Part shown: piece by piece, positions 9,511 through 18,269 of the stretch
Layout of the letters: the number at the start of each line of letters is the position of its first letter
How positions within the stretch are numbered: position 1 is the first letter of the stretch
Assembly: GCA_001801215.1 (NCBI GenBank)
Contig: MGXA01000067.1
Coordinates: 15,680 to 79,679 of the forward strand
Reading direction: 5' to 3'
Origin: Gallionellales bacterium RIFCSPLOWO2_02_FULL_59_110
GTDB taxonomy: Bacteria > Pseudomonadota > Gammaproteobacteria > Burkholderiales > Gallionellaceae
Length of the DNA stretch: 64,000 nt
Position numbers and translations under genes: made by a program
Notes under the pieces: generated by a model
Database searches by the model: none
The model's input: the letters and a program-made list of their open reading frames with translations, nothing else
What the model was told of the DNA's origin: nothing

Positions 9511-10311
9511 ATGCGCCTGCTGCTCGGGCTGCTGCTGTCATGCCACGCCCTGCTGGCGCTGGCGCAGCCGCCCGACCCTTTTCCCGAAGCCGCCAGCGCC
9601 TACCGCATCGAGATTGACGGCAAGCCGGTATGGGAACGGCAGGCGAGCCGCCGCCTGCCGCCCGCCAGCCTGACCAAGCTGATGACCGCGCTGCTGGTGC
9701 TGGACGGCTACCGCCCGCAAGCGGTTGCCACCATCAGCCGCACGGCGGCAACCGCAACTGGCAGCCGCCTCGGCCTGCGCAGCGGCGACACTTTCCGCAT
9801 CGAAGACCTGCTCGCCGCAACACTGTTGCACTCCGCCAACGATGCCTGCCGCGCGCTGGCTGAGCACGTCGCGGGCGACGAGGCGCGCTTCGTGCGGCGC
9901 ATGAACCGTCGCGCCCGCGAACTCGGCATGAAGGACACCCGTTTCGCCAACGCCTGCGGGCACGATGCGCCCAACCATTATTCCAGCGCGCGCGACCTTG
10001 CGCTGCTGGCTGGGGAATTGCTCAAACAGCGCGCCCTGCTCGAACTGACCGCCAGGCAACATGGGAAAATCTCCGCGCTGAACGCGCCGCGCGAATATCG
10101 CTTCACCAACAAAAATGCGCTGATCGGCCGTTACCGTGGCGCGCTCGGCCTCAAGACCGGCTACACGTCGAAGGCCGGCAAATGTCTGATCGCCTATGCC
10201 GAGCGCGATCATGTCAGAGTGCTGCTGGTCATGCTGCATGGCGGCGAGCGCTGGTGGGATGCGGCGGACATCCTCGACATCGCGTTCGACCATGCGCGAC
10301 AATTGCGCTGA
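9511..10311 (+). CDS. D-alanyl-D-alanine carboxypeptidase (peptidase S11)
   Basis: SxxK (ASLTK), SxN (SAN) and KTG triad; signal peptide. Confidence 0.9.
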   Translation: MRLLLGLLLSCHALLALAQPPDPFPEAASAYRIEIDGKPVWERQASRRLPPASLTKLMTALLVLDGYRPQAVATISRTAATATGSRLGLRSGDTFRIEDLLAATLLHSANDACRALAEHVAGDEARFVRRMNRRARELGMKDTRFANACGHDAPNHYSSARDLALLAGELLKQRALLELTARQHGKISALNAPREYRFTNKNALIGRYRGALGLKTGYTSKAGKCLIAYAERDHVRVLLVMLHGGERWWDAADILDIAFDHARQLR

Positions 10312-11869
10312 CCCGGCGCGCCACCCGCTGCCCTGGCTGGCGCTGGCGGTGCTGCTTGCCTATCTCAACGCATTCTCCGGAAGTTTCCAGTTCGACGATT
10401 ACAAGGTCATTGTCGATAATCCCGCCGTCCATTCCTGGGATGCATGGTTTGCCGAACTCGGCCACGGCATCCGCCCGCTGCTGAAATTCAGCTACACCTT
10501 CGACTGGACGCTGGGGCTGGGTATCGCGGGCTTTCACCTCACCAACCTGCTCATCCACCTGACCAATGTCTGGCTGGTATTGCGCCTGTGCGAGACATTC
10601 ATCCCAAATAATCCATTGGCAAATTCAACCCGCCTCCCCCTTTGTAAAAGGGGGAGAGCTTGCGAGGGTGCCGAGGGAGATTTTTGTTTCCGTGCGACAT
10701 CCAAATCCCCCCTCACCCCCCTTTTTGCGAGTTGGGCAACAAACCGCCCATCCCTGCCTACCCCGATTCAAAGGGGGGAATACCCCGCCACGACCCAATT
10801 CATGGCTAATGGGCAATCTGGGTTCATCGAACAACAGCTGCTGCGCGAACGCCTGCGGGCGGTGCCGCTGTTTGCCGCGCTGCTGTTCGCCGTGCATCCT
10901 GCCCATACCGAAGCGGTCACCTACATCTGCGGGCGCTCCGCCTCGCTGATGACGCTGTTCTATCTGGGCGGCCTGCTCGCCTACGCCGAGGGGCGCACCC
11001 GCGAAAACAGCTTCATGCTCTACATGACCACGCCGCTGCTGTTCGTCCTCGCCTTGAGCGTGAAAGAGACCGCCGTGACTTTCCCGCTGGCGCTGCTGAT
11101 CTGGGAGCTTTGTCTCCGGAAACGGCGCGGCGCATGGAAGACGGCATTCAAAGCGCAATGGACAAGCTGGGCAGTGCTGCTGTGCGGCGCGTTGTACTTC
11201 CTGTTCAACGACAGCTACCTGTCGCAGATGGAACGCAGCGCGGAATTCAATGCCCCGCAGGGCAATCTCGCCACGCAACTCACCGCCTTCGCCTGGCTGA
11301 TGCGGCAATGGGCGCTGCCGCTATGGTTGAACATCGACCCCGATCTGCCCTTGCTGCGCGACTTGTCGGAAAGCCTGTTGCCGTTGGTATTTTTCGGATC
11401 GATTTTTGCGCTGATGCTGGCCTGCTGGCGCAAACGCCCGTGGCTGGGCTTCGCGCTGGCCTGGGCGATCCTCCACCTGTTGCCGCTGCACCTGTTTCTG
11501 CCGCGGCTGGACATCGCCAACGAACGCCAGCTCTATCTCGCCGGCTGGCCGCTGTTCCTCGCCCTCGCCGCCGAGCTGGCTCTGCGGCTGGATGCAAGAT
11601 CATTCAGGATTGCCTGCATCGCGTTGCTGTTCGCACTGGGCAGCCTGACGCTGCTGCGCAATCAGGTGTACGTTGATGAGATCGCGTTATGGGAAGACAC
11701 GGCGCGAAAATCGCCGCACAAAGCAAGGGTGCACAACAACCTGGGGTATGCCTACAAACTCGCCGGTCGCACCGGGGACGCGCGCCGCGAATTCATCCTG
11801 GCGTTGCGGCTCGACCCGAAACACGCCAAGGCACGCCACAACATCGATCAAATGGAAAAGGCGCCGTAA
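10292..11869 (+). CDS. TMTC-like GT-C membrane glycosyltransferase with C-terminal TPRs; carries a 75-aa in-frame mobile insert
   Basis: FQFDD acidic loop, FHLTNLLIH, HPAHTEAVTYICGR, KETAV, NIDPDL, ERQLYL, TPR ARVHNNLGYAY. Start at ATG 10292. Confidence 0.75.
   Translation: MRDNCADPARHPLPWLALAVLLAYLNAFSGSFQFDDYKVIVDNPAVHSWDAWFAELGHGIRPLLKFSYTFDWTLGLGIAGFHLTNLLIHLTNVWLVLRLCETFIPNNPLANSTRLPLCKRGRACEGAEGDFCFRATSKSPLTPLFASWATNRPSLPTPIQRGEYPATTQFMANGQSGFIEQQLLRERLRAVPLFAALLFAVHPAHTEAVTYICGRSASLMTLFYLGGLLAYAEGRTRENSFMLYMTTPLLFVLALSVKETAVTFPLALLIWELCLRKRRGAWKTAFKAQWTSWAVLLCGALYFLFNDSYLSQMERSAEFNAPQGNLATQLTAFAWLMRQWALPLWLNIDPDLPLLRDLSESLLPLVFFGSIFALMLACWRKRPWLGFALAWAILHLLPLHLFLPRLDIANERQLYLAGWPLFLALAAELALRLDARSFRIACIALLFALGSLTLLRNQVYVDEIALWEDTARKSPHKARVHNNLGYAYKLAGRTGDARREFILALRLDPKHAKARHNIDQMEKAP
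10603..10822. mobile_element. 220-bp MITE-like element inserted in-frame
   Basis: Imperfect 18-bp TIRs (cccaaataatccattggc vs gctaatgggcaatctggg, 13/18), TTCAT direct repeat at 10598-10602 and 10823-10827, internal ccccctt/aaggggg hairpins. Confidence 0.8.
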
Positions 11870-11894
11870 GTTCTGCGGCGCCCCCTGAGGAACC

Positions 11895-12083
11895 TTATCC
11901 GCGTGCGCCGACTTCTTCAAAACAATCATGGCGCCAGCCACACTCTTTGTTGTCACAATAGTTGATGGCGGAGGTGGCATAACAGGGCTTCTGTCCATCA
12001 TTGGCTTGAATCTGCCGGATAATTTCGGCCTGGATACTGGCTGGCCTAGTCTCTTCCGGTTTTGCGGTATTAGCAGTGTTCAC
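11895..12083 (-). CDS. Small Cys-rich protein (C-X8-C-X4-C-X5-C)
   Basis: GTG start behind a GGGAG RBS; AEIIRQIQ...CYATSAINYCDNKECGWRHDC resembles the C-terminal half of small SAP/Rho-N-like proteins. Confidence 0.5.
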   Translation of the reverse strand: MNTANTAKPEETRPASIQAEIIRQIQANDGQKPCYATSAINYCDNKECGWRHDCFEEVGARG

Positions 12084-12251
12084 GATAACTCCCGATTGAA
12101 AAATTTCGTATCGGGTAATCTATCACTGCCGCCAAGGAATACCTATATGCAGAAATACCTATATATTCCGGCATATTGACCGGAGCGATGGGATGTGCTG
12201 CGCAACAGTAACCGGTGTTGTATCCGGAACAACGCTTTCATCGAACCCCGT

Positions 12252-12701
12252 TCACTTGCAATGCGCCTTTATTTCCTGCTGCGCTTTCTCGATACGTTGT
12301 CGGCGCTGTTCATCTTCCAGGTAGGAGCGTTCTCCCTTGGCGTCGATTTCCACCACGCGCACCCCATCCTGCAACGCGCGTAAATTCTGTTGCAAGGTGG
12401 CGCAATAGGCTTTCTCTTCTTCTGCCCTGGCCTGCTCCTGCGCTGCCTTACCGGCTTCTTCCTTTTTCGATTGCTGCGCTTTTTTCAGCTCTGCTTCGCG
12501 TTCCGCGACGGTTTTCGGTGCGTCGGGCGCACTCGCGGGAGCGGCGGCCTCCGAAGGGATACGCAGCGTCTGCGTTTGCACATTGGGGGGAGGCTGCTGA
12601 TCCGAATAATGCACCTTGCCGTCCGCGTCCACCCACTTGTTGAGCCCGGCGAAAGCGTTTGCACTGTTCAGCATTAACAAAACCAGCAGAAATCTTTTCA
12701 T
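12252..12701 (-). CDS. DUF4124 domain secreted protein
   Basis: Signal peptide, KWVDADGKVHYSDQQPP motif, Glu/Lys-rich helix. RBS GGAGAGGTGA before ATG 12701. Confidence 0.85.
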   Translation of the reverse strand: MKRFLLVLLMLNSANAFAGLNKWVDADGKVHYSDQQPPPNVQTQTLRIPSEAAAPASAPDAPKTVAEREAELKKAQQSKKEEAGKAAQEQARAEEEKAYCATLQQNLRALQDGVRVVEIDAKGERSYLEDEQRRQRIEKAQQEIKAHCK

Positions 12702-12780
12702 GGCGATCACCTCTCCGGTTTAAATCACGGTTAAGTCTAGCACACGGAGGGCAGTGGCCGCACCGTGGAGCACGCCTTGT

Positions 12781-12968
12781 CCGGTTTCTCGCATCAAACC
12801 TCCCTCAAGCCAAGCAATGCTTCGCGGTATGAATCCGAAGCAACCCCGTGGTTATTGCACCCACATTTTTCTCCTGAAAAAAATGGGTTATCGGAAACAA
12901 TCCGTCAATCTATAGCGTCAGGTGCAATCATGCCTTTACTGCGCTTCGATTTTGATGCGATTGCCCTG
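12781..12968. mobile_element. ~190-bp MITE, left copy (inverted relative to 16610-16803)
   Basis: Reverse complement aligns along its length with 16610-16803; inner TIR tttgatgcgattgccctg intact, outer TIR degenerate. Confidence 0.8.
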
Positions 12969-13232
12969 GTCACGCAACATGAGCGATTACGCACAGAGTT
13001 AATAGCGGCAAATCCGTTCTCATGCGCCGCGTTGGAGTAATGATAAGAGCGTCTAACGTAATAATCACATACTGTCAATATGCCGAAAGGCCTAGCCGAA
13101 ATACATAGGCATTTCGGCATATTGTTTCTTATCCGGAACGTTGTAACACTGCGCAGCCGGAATAAATGGCAGCGACAAGCTCCGGTACCTTTTATCTTTG
13201 CTTTTCGGATCGAATAAAAAAGGGGGTTTGAA

Positions 13233-15319
13233 ATGAATACGGAATTCAGAAACAGCATCTGCGCACTCGTCGGTATCATAGCTCTCGGCGCCAGCCCGCA
13301 ATGGGCGATGGCATCCAGCGGCAATGGAAGTAAAGGACTAAGAGTGACCGTGCCGCCGGAAAGACGGGTCGAGAGACCGCAGGTGGATATGCCCGAAAAC
13401 GTGATGACAAGCGCAATTATACAAAGGATCGAGGACAATAAGCGCCAGCCCATCAAGGATAAGGCAGGAAAGATTCAATACATCATCACGTTCGCCGATG
13501 ATGCACCAAAGAACTATGCAGCCAAGGCAATCACGGATAGCCGTTTTGCCAATTGGCACGACAGCAAAGTCATCCAACTTTTGCACGACACCGAGACCGC
13601 TCACGGTTTTTCGGCAACGCACCTTTACAGTCAGACGATGCAGGGCCTCGCCGCTTTTCTGACTCCACAACAAGCTGACAATTTAGGCCGTGACAGACGT
13701 GTCAAGCGAATGAGTCCAAATATGCCGACCGAATTGAGTGGCGGAATTTGGAGCGACACGAATCCCACCTACTATGAGACTCTGCCTTGGGGTATCCAAG
13801 CGGTAGGCGGCAACAAGGCGAGCAATGGCGCTGCCACGGTTTATGTTGGTTGATACCGGGATCGGCTATAACAGCGATTTAAACATATCCAGCCGTTGGT
13901 CCGCATCTGGCTCGTGCCTGATCGGCAACTACGCACATTCAACATTTGTCGCCGGAATCATCGGCGCCATGAATAATGGTTCCGGCGTAATCGGGGGTCG
14001 ATTCGGGTGTCAATATTGTTTCTTTGGCTTATGGCGATAATACCTGTGCCTGGGGTAGCGAAAGCACGGCAAATATGATCTCGGCTTTTGAAGAGGCGAA
14101 GGTGCGGATCAGGGCAAGCGGGCGAGTGGGCGTGGTTAATTTCTCATCCAACCCTATTGATTATTATACGAACCAAATTCCCATAACGGCAAGAGATAGT
14201 ATAAGTGGCCTGATCGCTCCCAACCCATCAACGGGTTATCCCGGCGCTTTTTTTGTCCAGTCCGCCGGCAACCACAAGACTGACGCTTGCTATCGCAGTT
14301 TTAATGACCACCTGCCGTCAGATGGTGCGATGGTCATCGGAGCAATGGACAACAACGGTCAGCCGGTTCAACCCTTGAATGACGATAACGGCTTCAACCA
14401 GGGAGGCACCATTTTTTCTTTTCCTGAACCTGGATCAAATTTCGGTGCATGCGTCGATGCATGGGCGCCTGGCAAAAAAATAAAATCCACATGGAACGAT
14501 GGCAGTAACCCGACAGGTGACGGCACCTCATTCGCTGCGCCGCATATAGCGGGAGCGGCGGCATACCTGATCGAAACGAACCCGTCTTTACAGACGCCCG
14601 CCGCTGTTGAAAATGCCGTGCGCGCCCATATGGTTTATAACGGTGCTTCCGATCTCAGTAACCTCGCTGTTGGTGCCGTCAATCTCGATGGCACCGGCCA
14701 TGTCGCCCGCCCAACGGTCGAATTCAAGATTGGCTACGCGCCATCGGATCCCGCTCCCGCGCCGATCGACGTTTATAGCGATGCGTCATTTCTTCTACGC
14801 TACGATTCTGTCGGTGCGCAGAGCTGCGATCTGTATGGCTACGTCAATGGCAATCTGTGGTATTACGTTCTGAATTTTCAGCCGAGCTACAATTGGGGTT
14901 TTGTACAATTGAACCCCGACCATTACCGGTGGGAAGTCAGTTGCCGGTCGGTAAACGGCACCATCAATACCGCCAGTGCTTCCGTCACGGTCGCGGCCAT
15001 ACCGCCGGCACCAAGCGCTGGTTTCAGCGTCAATGGCATGGCGGTCGCCAATGGCGCAACGATGAGTTTTACATACCCCCAATCCTTTTCGCTCGCGTAC
15101 GATAGCACCAATACGACTTTATGCAATTTGTATGCGTATCGCGCCGCTACCGGTGGTTTCTTGGGATATTGGTATTCAATCGACAACTTTTATCCTTCCT
15201 TTAACTGGGGTATGGTCACGCTCGACCCCGGCAATTATCGATGGTACATCGATTGTATGAATGCGAATTTCCCGGACCGTCCACATGCCACTTCGATGCT
15301 CAACATAACCGTTTTATAG
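13233..15319 (+). pseudogene. Secreted subtilisin-like S8 protease (propeptide, catalytic domain, 2 C-terminal repeats) split by two +1 frameshifts
   Basis: Pieces 13233-13853, 13825-14040 and 14024-15319. Removing one G at 13848-49 and one G at 13993-97 gives a 694-aa ORF with VVDTG, HSTFVAG, SAGN and DGTSFAAPH. Confidence 0.8.
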
Positions 15320-15383
15320 CGCGTATCCAATCGATCGTGGGTGCGATGCACCCATGATCGGCAAGTTATACACGGAGAACCTC

Positions 15384-16604
15384 ATGATGAAAAAATTCTG
15401 TTCTGGCTTACTTTTCTTTTTTGCCATATCGTTCATTGCCGCAAAAGCGCAAGCGGCAACTACGCCGTTGGAACCCTATCTTGTCGTGTCCACTGCCACG
15501 CCGCCGATAGAGGTGAGTTTCAGGTATGTGCCTTCTTCTACGGCTGCAGATTATCCAACGTTGCGCCAAGCTACGGGAAAACTGTACACCAAGGTTATTT
15601 ATTCAGAACTTTTTTTGATCGCTTACGACAATGCTTATCCACATGGCGAGGCGGGCGGGTATATTGGTATCACTTATGATTTCTCTAAGGCATTTTACAC
15701 AGGCCCGAGGGAGGGATTACCACCACCCATCGCCAACTGCGATGTGCCGTTGATACCTATTCAAGGCGTCAGCGGAACGACTTTTCCCATTACACGCTCA
15801 GTATCCATTTTGTACGGATGTGGTGGAATCACCACGCCGCCCCCACACACGGTGCCCACCTTTTTGGTTTCCTACAACGCCCCCTCGATTGTGACGGTCG
15901 CCGACGGCAACCAGATCGAAAGCGTCAACATCTCGGTTTTCAGGGATGGATTGCCCTGGACTGACTACTATTTCGGCTACCGCATCGGCCTTTTCCAATT
16001 AGCGGCAGCGCCTGCAACGGCCTCGATATTTTATGTGCCGGCATTGAACGCGCTGACCCTGCCGCCGCCGGCGGTTGAAGGCGAGGTCGTCGAATACAAC
16101 AACACCGCAGATTTCCCTTTGGCTCCGGGCGGACACTTCTTCTACAGCAGCGATGCCTTCGAACAGCAGATTGTCGATAGCGGCCAGGCCGGTCGTTTCT
16201 TACGCACCGGGCGCAGCTTCAATGCGGGCGGTTATGTGCCGGTATGCCGGTTTTACGGTAGCCAAAGCCCCGGCCCGAATTCGCATTTCTTCAGCGCCGA
16301 CCAAAACGAGTGCGCATGGCTGAAAGCGCTGCAAAAATCGCCCACCCCCGCCGATGAACAGCAATGGAACAGCGAGGGTAACGGCTTCTATACGGTGGCC
16401 GCCGTGCCCGGCGCCAACGGCAACCGCACCTGCCTGGCCGGAACCGTGCCGGTGTATCGGGCCTATAACAATGCGTTTGCGCAAGACGGAAAACGTAACG
16501 CCTGGGATTCCAACCACCGCTTTTCCACCAGCCGCGCCGATATCGACCAGTTAATTAACATGGGATGGAGCGACGAAGGTGTTGCGTTTTGCGCGCCGAA
16601 TTAG
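15384..16604 (+). CDS. Secreted protein with C-terminal DUF5648-like repeat domain
   Basis: Signal peptide; VVEYNN...HFFYSS, VPVCRFYG...NSHFFSA, EG.GF, VPVYRAYNN...NHRFST repeats. Confidence 0.7.
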   Translation: MMKKFCSGLLFFFAISFIAAKAQAATTPLEPYLVVSTATPPIEVSFRYVPSSTAADYPTLRQATGKLYTKVIYSELFLIAYDNAYPHGEAGGYIGITYDFSKAFYTGPREGLPPPIANCDVPLIPIQGVSGTTFPITRSVSILYGCGGITTPPPHTVPTFLVSYNAPSIVTVADGNQIESVNISVFRDGLPWTDYYFGYRIGLFQLAAAPATASIFYVPALNALTLPPPAVEGEVVEYNNTADFPLAPGGHFFYSSDAFEQQIVDSGQAGRFLRTGRSFNAGGYVPVCRFYGSQSPGPNSHFFSADQNECAWLKALQKSPTPADEQQWNSEGNGFYTVAAVPGANGNRTCLAGTVPVYRAYNNAFAQDGKRNAWDSNHRFSTSRADIDQLINMGWSDEGVAFCAPN

Positions 16605-16609
16605 CCTAT

Positions 16610-16803
16610 CAGGACAATCGCATCAAAATCGAAGCGCAGTGAAGGCATGAATCGCATCTGACGCTATAAATTGACGGATTGTTTCCGATAACCCATTTTT
16701 TTCAGGAGAAAAATGTGGGTGCAATAACTACGTGGTTGCTTCGGATTCATATCGTGATGCGTTGCTTGGCTTGGCTTGGGAGAGATTTGATGCGATTGCC
16801 CTG
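16610..16803. mobile_element. 194-bp MITE, right copy, with own 18-bp TIRs
   Basis: caggacaatcgcatcaaa (16610-27) and tttgatgcgattgccctg (16786-803), 17/18 complementary. Confidence 0.82.
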
Positions 16804-16891
16804 ACGCCTTGTCCGGGGTTCTCGCCCGCCCGGGCCGCAAAGTTGTATGGTATCTTGCGCATATCCGTTTGTACGTTGCCTTCCCGATGCC

Positions 16892-17869
16892 ATGAGCCTG
16901 TTTGCCCTGATCGCCGCGCTGTTGCTGGAGCAGATCCAGCCTCTCTCTTCGCGCAAATACCTGCATGGCTGGCTGTCCGATTACGTCGGTTTCTTTCAGC
17001 ATCATTTCAATGCCGGACATCACAAACACGGCAAAATCGCCTGGCTGCTGGCGGTGATGCCGCTGCTGGCAGCCGTGGTGGCGCTGTACTGGCTGCTGTG
17101 CGGCGTACACCCGGTGTTTGCCTGGGCGTTCAACGTGCTGGTGCTGTATCTCACCATGGGCTTCCGCCAGTTCAGCCACTATTTCACCGACATTCACCAT
17201 GCGTTGCGCAACGGCAAACTGGACGAGGCGCGCGGGCTGCTGACCAGGTGGCGCGGCATTCCTTCGCACGAGCTGAATGCCGAAGAAGTGGCGCGCGTAT
17301 CCATCGAAGAGGCGCTGATCGCATCGCACCGCAACGTGTTCGGCGTGATCGTGTGGTTCGTGCTGTTCGGCGCGGTCGGCCTGGGCGGTGCGGCGGGCGC
17401 GCTGTTGTATCGCCTCGGGCAGTTCCTGCGCAAGCGCTGGGGCGACGAGGACGAGGCCGCCGAACCGGATTATTTGCCGAACAAGGATTGGGGCGGCGGA
17501 GAATTCGGCGGCTTCGCACGACAGGCGTTCTACGTGCTGGAATGGCTGCCGATCCGCATGACCGCGATGACCTTCGCCATCGTCGGCAACTTCGAGGATA
17601 CGGCATATTGCTGGCGCACCCAGGCGGCGAGCTGGCCCGATCCCGAAGCGGGAATCCTGCTGGCCAGCGGAGCGGGGGCGCTGGGCGTGCGTCTCGGCAT
17701 GCCGATCCCGCAAGGCGGCCTGCCGCTGGGCAGGCCCGAACTGGGCATCGGCATCGGCGACGATGCAGATGCCGACTTCATGCGCAGCACAATCGGGCTG
17801 GTGTGGCGCTCGGTGGTGTTCTGGCTGCTCCTCTTGTTGCTGCTGACGCTGGCGAGCCTGCTCGGCTAG
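16892..17869 (+). CDS. CobD/CbiB (AmpE-like) family membrane protein
   Basis: MSLFALIAALLLEQ, GFRQFSHYFTDI, RNVFGVIVWF, AIVGNFED, LVWRSVVFW. Confidence 0.8.
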   Translation: MSLFALIAALLLEQIQPLSSRKYLHGWLSDYVGFFQHHFNAGHHKHGKIAWLLAVMPLLAAVVALYWLLCGVHPVFAWAFNVLVLYLTMGFRQFSHYFTDIHHALRNGKLDEARGLLTRWRGIPSHELNAEEVARVSIEEALIASHRNVFGVIVWFVLFGAVGLGGAAGALLYRLGQFLRKRWGDEDEAAEPDYLPNKDWGGGEFGGFARQAFYVLEWLPIRMTAMTFAIVGNFEDTAYCWRTQAASWPDPEAGILLASGAGALGVRLGMPIPQGGLPLGRPELGIGIGDDADADFMRSTIGLVWRSVVFWLLLLLLLTLASLLG

Positions 17870-18269
17870 CCGCGATCCATCTCGGTCGGCCATGCAATGC
17901 CGACCACATTGGCGATATCTGCGGCAGTCCCGAGAAAAAAGATAAAGTTGAAACTGGCAGCGCATTTCTTATCCTCACTCTGCCGAAAAACGCTGCGCCC
18001 CTCGCGGCGCATGGCGGCGTTGCTCCTCCTCGGAATGGAACGACCATTCCTCGTCGCACCCTCAAGGGGCAGGCCGTGGCACATCATCGACTACTCTTTT
18101 CCCCTACCTTGCAGAGCAGGTGCAAACCTTATTGCAATGGAAATGCAATAGCCTGCATTATCCGACCTGGTCGCGCTCCAACAACCTGGCCGAAGGCGAG
18201 AAACGATTTACGCGGCAAGCGGGTTGGATTGCCATACCGGTTCATCGACTCACAACTAAGGAGATAAAA

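Noticed and set aside
18100-18260. Hairpin-rich leader of the AF1514-like gene as a riboswitch (c-di-GMP-I or ZTP)
   Set aside because: A GCAGG/TATTGCA hairpin is present, but the conserved riboswitch cores could not be matched by eye; needs an Infernal/Rfam search.
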